Positions 54,520 through 64,000 of a stretch of DNA of 64,000 nt are shown here, piece by piece (the first letter of the stretch is position 1; each line of letters opens with the position of its first letter). The notes under the pieces were generated by a model, which was given only the letters and a program-made list of their open reading frames with translations, was not told where the DNA came from and made no database searches. Made by a program: the position numbers and the translations under genes. Origin of the DNA: an uncultured Chloroflexia bacterium (GTDB lineage Bacteria; Chloroflexota; Limnocylindria; QHBO01); assembly GCA_963827475.1 (NCBI GenBank), contig CAWHAZ010000005.1, positions 96,001 to 160,000 on the forward strand, given 5' to 3'.

Positions 54520-55889
54520 CCTCCGGTCTCGTGCATCCCCGGTCGCGGGCGGATGGGACAGCCAACCGATGCCAGCGCATCCGCGTACAGGTCGATGGCG
54601 GTGTCGACCGCGGTCTCGTCGACCATCAGCGGCGGACAGAAGCGGATCGACGCCTCACCGCACTCGAGGATGAGCAGGCCGCGCTCGAAGGCGGCCAGCT
54701 CGACCGCGTTCGACTCCCCGTGCGAGGCGAACTCGACGCCGAGCATCAGGCCCTTGCCCCGGATGTCGCGGACGACGCCGCACTCCTCCGACGCGTACTC
54801 GACCCCGGCCCGCAGCCGCTCCCCCATGGCCTCGGCGTTGGCCATCAGCCCGCCTTCCAGCAGGTCGAGGGTGGCCATCGCCGCGGCGCAGCAGACGGGG
54901 TTGCCCGCGAACGTGCTGCCGTGGGCGCCGGCCTCCCAGGTGAACAGCTTCTCCCGACCGATGAACGCGCCGAGCGGCATGCCCGACGCGATGCCCTTGG
55001 CGATGGTGGCCACGTCCGGCTCCACGCCGTACCACTCCATGGCCCACATCCGCCCGGTGCGGCCCATCCCGGACTGGATCTCGTCGGCGATGAGCAGGAT
55101 GCCGTGCTCGTCGCAGATCTGGCGCAGGCCGCGGACGAAGGCCTCGGGGGCGGGGAAGTAGCCGCCCTCGCCCTGGATCGGCTCGAACACGATGGCCGCC
55201 ACGTCCTCCGGCGACACCAGGCGGCCGAGGATCGTCTTGCGCAGGTACTCCAGCTCCGCGGCGCCGTCGCCGCCCGACCCTTCCTTCCAGGAGCGGACCC
55301 GGGGGAACGGGGCGTGGTAGACCATCGGCAGGAGCGGGCCGAAGCCCGCCCGCTGGCGAATCTTCGAATTGGTGAGCGACAGCGAGCCCATGGTCCGTCC
55401 GTGGAATCCGCCCTCGAAGGCGATGATCCCGGGGCGGCCCGTGTGGTGGCGGGCAAGCTTGATCGCGCCCTCCACCGCCTCCGTCCCGGAGTTGGTGAGG
55501 AAGACGCGTGCCTTGTCCTCGAAGGGGGCGAGGGCGGCCAGCCGCTCGCTGAGCTCGAGATAGCGCGGCTCGTAGTAGTCGGTGGCCGCGATGTGGATGA
55601 GCTTCTCCGCCTGCTCGCTGATGGCGGCGGTCACGGCGGGATGGGCGTGGCCGGTGAGCGCGACCGCGATCCCGGCGGCGAAGTCGAGGAACTGGTTGCC
55701 GTCCACGTCGGTGACGACGTAGCCGCTCCCCGATTCCGCGACCAGCGGGTAGGCGCGGGTCAGCGAGGGGCTGGTGACGGCGGCGTCACGGGCGAGGATC
55801 TCGCGGGCGCGCGGCCCGGGCAGCTCCGTGACGAGATGGGGGACAGCCGGCGCGTGGTCGGCCGCTTGACGAAAGGCCCGAACGGTCAT
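54516..55889 (-). CDS. Class III PLP aminotransferase (4-aminobutyrate/ornithine-type)
   Basis: FLDFAAGIA, NSGTEAVE, FHGRT, EPIQGEGG, DEIQSGMGRTG and AKGIASG. Confidence 0.92.
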   Translation of the reverse strand: MTVRAFRQAADHAPAVPHLVTELPGPRAREILARDAAVTSPSLTRAYPLVAESGSGYVVTDVDGNQFLDFAAGIAVALTGHAHPAVTAAISEQAEKLIHIAATDYYEPRYLELSERLAALAPFEDKARVFLTNSGTEAVEGAIKLARHHTGRPGIIAFEGGFHGRTMGSLSLTNSKIRQRAGFGPLLPMVYHAPFPRVRSWKEGSGGDGAAELEYLRKTILGRLVSPEDVAAIVFEPIQGEGGYFPAPEAFVRGLRQICDEHGILLIADEIQSGMGRTGRMWAMEWYGVEPDVATIAKGIASGMPLGAFIGREKLFTWEAGAHGSTFAGNPVCCAAAMATLDLLEGGLMANAEAMGERLRAGVEYASEECGVVRDIRGKGLMLGVEFASHGESNAVELAAFERGLLILECGEASIRFCPPLMVDETAVDTAIDLYADALASVGCPIRPRPGMHETGG

Positions 55890-55934
55890 GTGCGGATACC
55901 TGATCGAAGCGGCGCGTCCTGCCCGCGCCTCTGG

Positions 55935-56996
55935 CTAGATTGCCGCAGATGTTAGCGCCTTGACCACCTCCCCGATCAAGCCCGGCCCGGCATACACCAT
56001 CCCGGTCCACAGCTGGACGAGATCGGCTCCGGCCTCTCGCGCCCGCCGGGCGTCGTCGCCGGAGAAGATGCCGCCGGACGCGATCAGGGTGAACCGATCC
56101 CCGGCCTCCGCCTTCACGACACCGATCGCGGTCAGCATGTCCGTCAGCAGCGGCCGGCCGGACAGCCCGCCCTCGTCGGCCCCGGGCGGGAGCGCCGACC
56201 GCAGCCCGTCCCGCGAGCGGGAGGTGTTGGACAGGATCAGGCCGGCCGCCGGCGTGGTTCCCAGCGCGTCGACCAGGAGCCGCAGCCGTGCGGTGGGCTG
56301 GTCCGGCGGCAGCTTCACGACCAGCGGCCGCCTTGGGGTCGACCGCGCCCAGGGCGACGACGAGCGCCGCCAGGCGGTCCGGCTCCTGGAGGGCGGCCAG
56401 GCCCGCGGTGTTCGGGGAGCTGACGTTGATCGCGATGTAATCCGCGACGGGTGCGACGGCCGCAGCCGCGGCGACGTAGTCCTCCTCGGCGGCCTCGTCG
56501 GCAGTTGCCGCGCCGCGGCCGACGCTCACCCCGACCACGAAGTCCTGCGGCAGCCACGGCCGTGCCCGGGCGACCCGCTCCGCGAGCGGCGGCCGCTCCG
56601 AGCGTTGTTGAGGCCCATCCGGTTGACGAGCGCGCCGTCATCGGCCAGGCGCCAGACGCGGGGACGGGGGTTGCCGGACTGGGCCAGGGGCGTGACCGTC
56701 CCGACCTCCGCGAACCCGTAGCCCAGGGCCGCCCAGCCGGGGAGCGCCTCGCCGTCCTTGTCGAAACCCGCGGCCAGGCCGACCGGGTTGCGGAAGCGCA
56801 GGCCCATGTGCTCGACCGGGTGCGCGGCCCACGTTCCCTCCGGGCCGTCGGCGGCGAGGTGGCTCAGCAGGGTCCGCCCGTACGAGCCCTCCGCGACCTT
56901 GCGCACGGACGTCACGGTCATGTCGTGGATCCACTCGGAGTCGGCCGAGAAGAAGAGGGGACGCAGGCCCTCGTACAGGTCGCGCTGCCAGCCCAT
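55935..56996 (-). CDS. pyrD: Dihydroorotate dehydrogenase, quinone type (frameshifts near 56590 and 56330)
   Basis: [46 protein letters not shown] and GGLSGRPL. Confidence 0.9.
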
Positions 56997-57008
56997 CTCG
57001 CCGGAGGG

Positions 57009-57431
57009 TCAGGTGTCGTGGGCGCGGGGGAAGGCCATCTCCGCCGGCCAGACCGGGGGCAGGGGCTCGCCGGACGCATCGGTCCGCATGCCCGTCGGCG
57101 ACATGAACTCGTGCCAGACCTCGGTCCCGGCCGCCGGCGGGTCGTCCAGCTCCTTGATGGCCACGATCCCGTCGAACCGGATCGTGCCGGGCCGGCCGTC
57201 ATCGGTCTCGAAGTCGTCCTCGTACTGGGTCGCGATCTCGACCGCCTGGCCCATGGCCGTCTCCTCGTCGTCCCCGTCGACCAGGACCACCCGGTCCTCG
57301 ACCAGGTACGGCTCGGCCGCTTCCTCGACCAGGTACGCGTAGCGCAGCTCGACGGCGAACCAGCCGCTGCTCACGACCCGGGCGGCGGCCGGGTCGGCCT
57401 CGACCGCGGTGGAGCGGCGGAGCTCGGTCAC
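57009..57431 (-). CDS. DUF4288-like protein
   Basis: WFAVEL...EDRVVLV...IRFDGIVAI...GTEVW; GTG overlaps the upstream stop. Confidence 0.65.
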   Translation of the reverse strand: MTELRRSTAVEADPAAARVVSSGWFAVELRYAYLVEEAAEPYLVEDRVVLVDGDDEETAMGQAVEIATQYEDDFETDDGRPGTIRFDGIVAIKELDDPPAAGTEVWHEFMSPTGMRTDASGEPLPPVWPAEMAFPRAHDT

Positions 57432-59023
57432 GCCGGCGGCGGCTCCTCGCCCATCACCGTCTGCGACTGCTCGCGCATGAACTGCATGACGTAGTACGGG
57501 CCCAGGCCGCTCTTGCCGGACGATCCCGAGCCCTTCCAGCCGCCGAACGACTGGATGCCGGGCCACGCCCCGGTGGTCGCGCCGCTGCGCCGGTTCACGT
57601 ACGTCACCCCGGCCTGGATGGTGGAGAGGAACTGCTCGATCTCGGATCGGTCGCCGGAGAAGATCCCGGCCGTCAGCCCGTAGGCGGTGTCGTTGGCCAG
57701 CTGCAACGCCTCGTCCAGCGAGTCGACCTCCGCCACCACCACGAACGGGACGAACAGCTCGTCGCGGAACAGGCGGTGCGTGGCCGGCAGCCCGGTCACC
57801 ACGGTTGGGGTCGGGTAGTAGCCGCGCGCCTCGTCGCCGCTGTCGAGGACCTCGCCGCCGGCCTCGATCGTGCCGCCGTCGCGCCGCGCCTCGGCCACCG
57901 CATCGGTGAACTTGCGCAGCGAGCGCTCGTTGATGACCGGCCCCATCCAGTTCTCCTGATCGGTGGGGTCGCCGACCTTGATCTCCTGGGCGCGCTGCGC
58001 CAGGCGGGCGACGAAGTCGGAGGCGACGCGGCGGTCGACGTAGACGCGGGAGTTGGCGCTGCACTTCTGGCCGTCGAACCCGAACGCGGAGCGGGCCACG
58101 CCCTCCGCCGCCACGTCGAGGTCGGCGCTGGCGGTGACGATGGCCGGGTTCTTGCCGCCCATCTCGGTGATGATCGGCCGCGGATAGTCGCGGGTGAAGT
58201 TGCGATAGAGCCGCATCCCGACCTGGTACGAGCCGGTGAACACCATCCCGTCGATCCCCGGGTTGTCCTCCAGCTCGGCGCCGACCGTGTCGCCCGGGCC
58301 GGTGACGAAGTTCACGACCCCGTCCGGGATGCCGGCGTCGCGCAGGGCCTCGACGAACTTCCAGCCCATCAGCGGCGCGTCGGACGAGGGCTTCATGACC
58401 ACCGTGTTGCCCGCGATCAGGGCACCGGAAGCCGGGCCGCCGGCCAGCGCCATCGGGAAGTTGAACGGGCTGATCACGGCCCACACGCCGTGCGGCTTGA
58501 GGATCGAGCGGGTGTGCTCCTCCGGCGTCAGCGAGCCCATCGGCTTCACGAAGCCGTCGTGTGCCTCCATCTGGTCGGCGTAGTAGCGCAGCAGGTCGGC
58601 CGTCTCCTCGACGTCGCCGAGGGCCTCCAGCCGGTTCTTGCCGACCTCGAAGGTCATGAGCGCGGCGTACTCGAACTGCCGCTCGCTGATCAGGTCGGCG
58701 GCGCGACGGATGATCTCCAGCCGCTTTCGCCAGCCGAGATCACGCCAGGCGGGGAAGGCGTCACGCGCGGCCGCCACCGCGTCGCGGACGTCCTGCCGGC
58801 CGCCGAGCGGGAAGCGGCTGACGACCAGGTCGGTGTCGATCGGTGACCGATGCTCGAACGTGTCGCCTGAGGTCCGCAGCTCCGCGCCGATGAGCATGGG
58901 GTACGACCTGCCCAGCTCCCCGCGAGCCCATTCGACGGCCCGATCGAACCCAGCCTGGAGCTCGGGGTTGTCCGCGCTCAGGGTGGCGTAGGTGATCTTC
59001 AGGCGGGGCGTGGTGGCCGTCAC
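57428..59023 (-). CDS. Aldehyde dehydrogenase, 1-pyrroline-5-carboxylate dehydrogenase-like
   Basis: ISPFNFP, FTGS, EMGGKN, AFGFDGQKCSA and FGGWKGSG. Confidence 0.88.
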   Translation of the reverse strand: MTATTPRLKITYATLSADNPELQAGFDRAVEWARGELGRSYPMLIGAELRTSGDTFEHRSPIDTDLVVSRFPLGGRQDVRDAVAAARDAFPAWRDLGWRKRLEIIRRAADLISERQFEYAALMTFEVGKNRLEALGDVEETADLLRYYADQMEAHDGFVKPMGSLTPEEHTRSILKPHGVWAVISPFNFPMALAGGPASGALIAGNTVVMKPSSDAPLMGWKFVEALRDAGIPDGVVNFVTGPGDTVGAELEDNPGIDGMVFTGSYQVGMRLYRNFTRDYPRPIITEMGGKNPAIVTASADLDVAAEGVARSAFGFDGQKCSANSRVYVDRRVASDFVARLAQRAQEIKVGDPTDQENWMGPVINERSLRKFTDAVAEARRDGGTIEAGGEVLDSGDEARGYYPTPTVVTGLPATHRLFRDELFVPFVVVAEVDSLDEALQLANDTAYGLTAGIFSGDRSEIEQFLSTIQAGVTYVNRRSGATTGAWPGIQSFGGWKGSGSSGKSGLGPYYVMQFMREQSQTVMGEEPPPA

Positions 59024-59084
59024 GAAGGGCTCCCGGCTGCGGTGGGGGGCGATTATCGCACCGGCCTGCGAGCGGCGGGCACAG

Positions 59085-59127
59085 CGGGAGGCCAGGCTCC
59101 GGGGGGAGAAGAACCTGGCCTCCCGAC
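59085..59127 (-). ncRNA. Candidate 6C-like small RNA hairpin
   Basis: 12-bp perfect stem, extended by GU pairs on the minus strand only, with loop UCUCCCCCC; TATCAT -10 at 59138-59133 immediately upstream. Confidence 0.4.
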
Positions 59128-59167
59128 TCCGGATGATAGACAACTGGGTTCCCGCCGGGAACCGATT

Positions 59168-59869
59168 TCAGGCAGGCGCCTTGGCCAGGTGGTAGAGGCC
59201 CAATTTGAGCTCCGGCATGTCCGGATGGGCGGTCATCAGGAAGGCCCGGGCCCGGTCCCCGTACAGGCGCGGCAGGACCGCGTGGGCGGACTCGAGGTCG
59301 CGCAGGTCGAGCCGGGCGTGGACCACCTTGATCTTGAACCCGTGCCGCAGCCACCACCCGGTCCGCCGCTGGGTGGCGTGGCGGGCCTCGGCCACGACCT
59401 CCGGCTCGAGCAGCGGAGCGACGTCGTCGCGGCCGTAGTAGCCCATGACCACCAGCCGCCCGCCGGGCCGGATGACGCGCAGCGCCTCGGCAATGGCCGG
59501 GAGCCACGCGTCCTCGGCCTCGATCAGGCCGTGGAGCACGATGTCCACCGCCGCGTCCCGCAGGGGAAGCGCGGTCGGCGCCCCCTCCACCATCCGGATG
59601 TTCGGCTGGTGTGCCGCGCTGGCGCGCTGCCGGGCCGCGTCCAGGAGCTCCGGGTCGGACTCGATGCCGTAGGTCCGTGCCGTCCGCCGGGCGAGCAGCA
59701 TCGGGTAGTGCCCGATCCCGGTCCCCACGTCCGCGATCCGCTTCCCTGACAGCGGCACGATCCGCTCCAGCGCGGCGAGCACCTTGCGGCCCGGGTCCAC
59801 CATCTCCCCCAGCCGGTCGTACAGGTCCGGATCCGGCTCGGTCCAGGCGGGGAGGATGCCTCGCATCAT
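59168..59869 (-). CDS. Class I SAM-dependent methyltransferase
   Basis: IADVGTGIG, LPLRDAAVD and RVIRPGGRL. Confidence 0.88.
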   Translation of the reverse strand: MMRGILPAWTEPDPDLYDRLGEMVDPGRKVLAALERIVPLSGKRIADVGTGIGHYPMLLARRTARTYGIESDPELLDAARQRASAAHQPNIRMVEGAPTALPLRDAAVDIVLHGLIEAEDAWLPAIAEALRVIRPGGRLVVMGYYGRDDVAPLLEPEVVAEARHATQRRTGWWLRHGFKIKVVHARLDLRDLESAHAVLPRLYGDRARAFLMTAHPDMPELKLGLYHLAKAPA

Positions 59870-59885
59870 GGGCGTGGCTCCGCCA

Positions 59886-60533
59886 TCACGGCACCTCGAC
59901 CCGAAACTCCGCGGGAAGCCCGGTATCGAGCGTGAGCAACGCCTCGCCGGCGAGGACCTGCAGCTCGAACGAGACCGGTCCCGTGATCCGGCGATTGGCC
60001 ACGATCGGAATCTGGAGCGAGGCAGGTGCGGCCAGCAGCGGGCCCCAGCCCAGCGAGGTCGTGCCGGCCGGCTCGCCGCGGAGGCCCGGCCCGACCACCC
60101 ACTTCGTCCACGGCTGGACGAGCGGCGGGCAGCCGTTGCAGATCCGGTCGTCCGAGGGAGTGAACGGCGCGAGGAACAGGTGCTCATCCAGGGACGTCGA
60201 CCAGCGGAGGACGAGCTCGGGAATCATCGACCCATCGAGGTTGGCCACGGTGACCGTGATCGTGCCGGACGCATCGGTCGCGAGATTGGGGGCCACCGTG
60301 ACCGTCACCCGCCGCGGGTCCGTGCTCGACGGAGCTGGAAGCGAGTACGGCTCCGGCGTCGGCTCGGGGGTGACGCTGGGCTCGGCGGTGGGAGTCGGCT
60401 CCGGCGTCGGCGTGGACGTCGGGCTCGGCGTCGGCGTTTCGGTGGGCAGCGGCAGGCATGCGCTGGCGCTCACGAGCACCAGCAATCCGAGAATCGCCCG
60501 CCGGACAGCGCGGGGCGAGGGGCGGGCCGACAT
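59886..60533 (-). CDS. Hypothetical lipoprotein with a Pro/Thr linker
   Basis: LVSASAC, TPTP repeats, and a beta-rich domain containing ICNGC. Confidence 0.75.
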   Translation of the reverse strand: MSARPSPRAVRRAILGLLVLVSASACLPLPTETPTPSPTSTPTPEPTPTAEPSVTPEPTPEPYSLPAPSSTDPRRVTVTVAPNLATDASGTITVTVANLDGSMIPELVLRWSTSLDEHLFLAPFTPSDDRICNGCPPLVQPWTKWVVGPGLRGEPAGTTSLGWGPLLAAPASLQIPIVANRRITGPVSFELQVLAGEALLTLDTGLPAEFRVEVP

Positions 60534-60576
60534 GCCGCCGCATGGTAGTGGACGACCCCTTGCTACGATGGCCGGC

Positions 60577-61002
60577 ATGGAGCCCGCCACGCCCACCGTC
60601 CGGCCCAGGCCCGCCTTCGGCATCGTGGCCTGGTTCGTCTGGGTGGCGGTCCTGCTGGGGGTGACCGGCGTGCTCCTGCCCCAGGTCATTGCCTTCGTCG
60701 ACTTCAGCGAACGCGCGCCGTTCTCGATGCTCGGCATCGTGATGATGGCCGAGCTGGCGGTCGTCTTCTTCGGCCTCACCCTGGTCATCCAGCACAAGCG
60801 GGCGGGCCGTGGCTTCGCCATTGCGATCTCGCTCCTGCCGGTGCCCATCCTGGCCGGCCTGATCCCGGTCCTGCTGGACATGCCCCCGGCCGCGGCCGCA
60901 GGCTGGAGCACGCTGATGGTGCCCCTCGGGCTGGCCATCAGCGCGGTGCTCATCTTCAGCCTGACGCGGCCCGGCGCCCGGGCGTGGTTCACGGAGGACT
61001 GA
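60577..61002 (+). CDS. Hypothetical four-TM membrane protein
   Basis: Hydrophobic segments; C-terminal LTRPGARAWF; TACGAT -10 upstream. Confidence 0.75.
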   Translation: MEPATPTVRPRPAFGIVAWFVWVAVLLGVTGVLLPQVIAFVDFSERAPFSMLGIVMMAELAVVFFGLTLVIQHKRAGRGFAIAISLLPVPILAGLIPVLLDMPPAAAAGWSTLMVPLGLAISAVLIFSLTRPGARAWFTED

Positions 61003-61005
61003 CCG

Positions 61006-61967
61006 ATGCGCCTCGTCGCCTTCACCTCCACCCTCGCCGATGGACCGCCCGGCCGATGCCTGGGCATCGAGCGGGCGGACGGGATCCTCGATCTGACCGA
61101 TCTCGTTGGCGCCGATCTCGGCGCGGTGCTGGCCGGCGCCGATCCGGTCGCGGTCCTGACCGATGCCGAGTCCGAGGCGGTCTACGAGGGACAGACCCAC
61201 GTCCCGATGAGCGACGTCCGGCTCCTGGCCCCGCTGGCCCACCCCGGGAAGATCGTGTGCGTGGGGCTGAACTACCACGACCACTGCCGCGAGCAGAACG
61301 TCGAGCCGCCCGACTACCCGATGCTGTTCGCGAAGTTCCCCAACGCGATCAGCGACCCCGGCATGCCGGTCCTGCGGCCGCGGGCCACCGAGATGCTCGA
61401 CCTCGAGGCCGAGCTGGCGGTGGTCATCGGCTGGCGCGCCTCGCGGGTGTCGGTGGCGCGGGCCATGGACCACGTCTTCGGGTTCACGATCCTCAACGAC
61501 ATCACCGCCCGCGACCTCCAGCGCGAGGACCGGCAGTGGCTGCGGGCGAAGGGCTCGGACGGCTTCGCCCCGCTCGGGCCGGCGATCGTGACCCGCGACG
61601 AGATCGGCGATCCGGCGAACCTCGCGATCAGCTCCCGGGTCAATGGCGAGACGTGGCAGGACTCGAGCACGGCCGACATGATCTGGGACGTCGCCACGCC
61701 TGTTGGCGTTCATCACCCGCTCCATCACCCTCGAGCCGGGCGACATCGTCGCCACCGGCACCCCGGCCGGGGTCGGCCACTACCACCAGCCGCCGCGCTA
61801 CCTCGCCGCCGGGGACGTGGTCGCGTGCGAGATCGCCGGCATCGGGGTGCTGGAGAACACGATCGTGGACGAGCAGCCCCGGGCCGAGGACCACGCGACC
61901 GCGGCCGGGGTGGCGGAGCTGGCCGTCGAGCCGGCGACCACGACCGACGACGACCGCGGGCGACTGA
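61006..61967 (+). CDS. Fumarylacetoacetate hydrolase family protein (frameshift near 61700)
   Basis: KIVCVGLNY, LDLEAELAVVIG, NDITARDLQ, WLRAKG and LEPGDIVATGTPAGVG. Confidence 0.9.
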
Positions 61968-61969
61968 CG

Positions 61970-62995
61970 ATGCGCGCCCTGGCCAAGACGCGACCGGAGC
62001 CGGGGCTCGAGATCATCGACGCGCCGGTGCCGACGCCCGGGCCGGGCGAGGTCCAGCTGAAGATCGAGGCCGCCAGCGTGTGCGGGACCGATCGCCATCT
62101 CTACCTGTGGGACCGCTGGGCGGCCGAGAACGTTCGTCCCCCGGTCATCCTCGGCCACGAGCTCGCGGGCCGGGTGGCGGCCGCCGGCGCCGGCGTGAGC
62201 CGCGTCCGCGAGGGTGACCTGGTCGGCGTCGAGTCGCACCTGTTCTGCGGCGCATGCGCCCAGTGCCAGGCCGGCTCGCCGCACCTGTGTCGTGACCTGC
62301 GCGTGATCGGCGCCCACGTGGACGGCGGGTACGCGGAGTTCGTCGTCATTCCCGAGGCCAACGCGGTGGAGTCGAACGGCCTCGACCCGTCGGTCGTCGC
62401 CCTCCAGGAGCCGATGGGCAACGCCGTCCACGCCGCGTTCGTGGAACCGATTGCCGGGCGCACGGTGGCCGTGACCGGATGCGGGCCAATCGGGCTGTGC
62501 GCGGTCGGCATCGCCAAGGCGGCCGGCGCCGCGCTGGTGGTGGCCACCGACACGGAGGCCTACCGCCTCGAGCTCGCGACCCGGATGGGGGCGGACCTCG
62601 CCCTCGATGCGACCAGCCCCGACCTGGTGGAGCAGGTGATGGCCGCGACCGGCGGCGACGGGGTGGAGGTGGTGCTGGAGATGAGCGGCTCGGCCACCGC
62701 GCTGGACCAGGCCATGCGGTTCGCGACCCGAGGCGGGCGGATCAGCCTGCTCGGGATCTTCGGCGAGCCGGTGGCCGTCGACCTCTCGAACCTGTTCATC
62801 GAGAAGGGCCTGCGGGCCTACGGCATCTTCGGGCGGCGGATCTACGACACGTGGGAGCGGACGCAGGACCTGCTGCGGTCCGGCGCGCTGAACGTGGCGC
62901 CGATCCTCACCCATCGGTTCGACCTCGCCGACTGGAAGCAGGGCTTTGACCTGCTCGGGTCGCGCCACGCCGGGAAGGTGGTGCTCCTGCCATGA
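61970..62995 (+). CDS. tdh: L-threonine 3-dehydrogenase
   Basis: VCGTD.H, LGHE, ESHLFCGACAQC...C, EPMGNAVH and GCGPIG; lies upstream of kbl. Confidence 0.92.
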   Translation: MRALAKTRPEPGLEIIDAPVPTPGPGEVQLKIEAASVCGTDRHLYLWDRWAAENVRPPVILGHELAGRVAAAGAGVSRVREGDLVGVESHLFCGACAQCQAGSPHLCRDLRVIGAHVDGGYAEFVVIPEANAVESNGLDPSVVALQEPMGNAVHAAFVEPIAGRTVAVTGCGPIGLCAVGIAKAAGAALVVATDTEAYRLELATRMGADLALDATSPDLVEQVMAATGGDGVEVVLEMSGSATALDQAMRFATRGGRISLLGIFGEPVAVDLSNLFIEKGLRAYGIFGRRIYDTWERTQDLLRSGALNVAPILTHRFDLADWKQGFDLLGSRHAGKVVLLP

Positions 62996-63008
62996 ACGAG
63001 GTGCGGCC

Positions 63009-64000
63009 ATGACATCGGTCAAGTCCACGCGCAACCCGATGGCTTTCCTCGACGACGAGCTCGGAGGAGCTGCGGGAGAAGGGCCTCTACCGCCGGCTGC
63101 GGGTGGTGGAGAGCGAGCAGGCGGCCCACTGCCGCATCGACGGGAAGGACGTCATCACCCTGTCGAGCAACAACTACCTGGGCCTGACCACCCACCCCAG
63201 CCTGCGCGAGGCGACGATCTTCGCCACCCAGGCCCTGGGCGCCGGGTCGGGCGCGGTGCGGACCATCGCCGGCACGATGACCCTCCACCAGCAGCTCGAG
63301 ACGCGGCTGGCCGAGTTCAAGCGCGTCGAGGCGACGCTCACCTTCCAGTCGGGCTTCACCGCCAACACCGGGGCGATCCCCATCCTCGCCCCCGAGGGCG
63401 CGGTGATCGTGTCGGACGAGCTGAACCACGCCAGCATCATCGACGGCATCCGGCTGACCAAGGCCGAGCGCAAGGTCTTCCCCCACGGCGACACCGATGC
63501 GCTGCGCACCACGCTCCGTGAGGTGCGAGCCGCGCCCGGCGGAGCGGAGCGCACGGTCCTGGTCATCACCGACGGCGTGTTCTCGATGGACGGCGACATC
63601 GCCCCGTTGCCGGCCATCGTGGAGGCGGCCGAGGAGGCGGAGGCGATCGTCTACGTCGACGACGCCCACGGGTCGGGGGTCCTGGGCCGCAACGGGCGGG
63701 GGACCGTCGACCACTTCGACCTCCACGGCCGGGTCCACGTCCAGGTCGGGACCCTGTCGAAGGCGATCGGCGTGCTGGGCGGGTACGTGGCCGGCAGTGC
63801 CGCGCTGCGCGAGATCCTCATCCACCGCGCCCGCCCGTTCCTGTTCTCGACCTCCCATCCGCCGGGCGTGGCCGCGGCGTGCCTGGCGGCGATCAGCATC
63901 CTCGAGACGGAGCCGGAGCGGATCGAGCGGCTGTGGGCCAACACCCGCCGCTTCAAGGAGGGTCTGAAGGGCCTCGGCTTCGACATCGGTCAGTCGGAGA
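63009..64000 (+). CDS. kbl: Glycine C-acetyltransferase (2-amino-3-ketobutyrate CoA ligase); frameshift near 63065, truncated by the window edge
   Basis: LSSNNYLGL, GSGAVRTIAG, SDELNHASIIDG, DGVFSMDGD, DDAHG and GTLSKA. Confidence 0.9.

Noticed and set aside
61703-62995. Apparent FAH-Tdh fusion
   Set aside because: A TGA at 61965-61967 sits just before the tdh ATG in another frame, and the region already carries a frameshift

Overview
A very GC-rich bacterial chromosomal window, almost fully coding (about 75 genes). Gene content and promoter style suggest Chloroflexota, possibly Limnocylindria-like; this is an inference. Many genes are split by single-base frameshifts, most likely uncorrected long-read errors rather than true pseudogenes. 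The content is mostly amino-acid catabolism (leucine liuB/C/D/E, hppD, tdh-kbl, a Thr/Ser dehydratase, a class III aminotransferase, three aldehyde dehydrogenases, a CoA-transferase pair), nucleoside/nucleotide metabolism (nucleoside hydrolase with an ECF transporter, deoD, thyX, pyrD) and signalling (two class III cyclases, a degenerate GGDEF protein, a LuxR-STAND regulator, a two-component system, TetR). No rRNA, tRNA, CRISPR array or transposase was recognised. Most interesting observations: (1) eight paralogs of an unrecognised Cys-containing lipoprotein family, four in a ~575-bp tandem array and four interspersed among metabolic genes; (2) a biotin carboxylase (LiuD) fused in frame to an Xis/BldC-like HTH, with three 9-bp-period direct repeats over its own promoter and start codon; (3) a 27-bp motif repeated upstream of both genes flanking the LuxR-STAND regulator; (4) overlapping DnaA and NrdR boxes upstream of thyX; (5) a 35-aa micro-lipoprotein gene; (6) a 6C-like sRNA hairpin; (7) a dispersed palindromic intergenic repeat; (8) tandem J-domain proteins with an unusual C-terminal domain; (9) pervasive leaderless gene starts.
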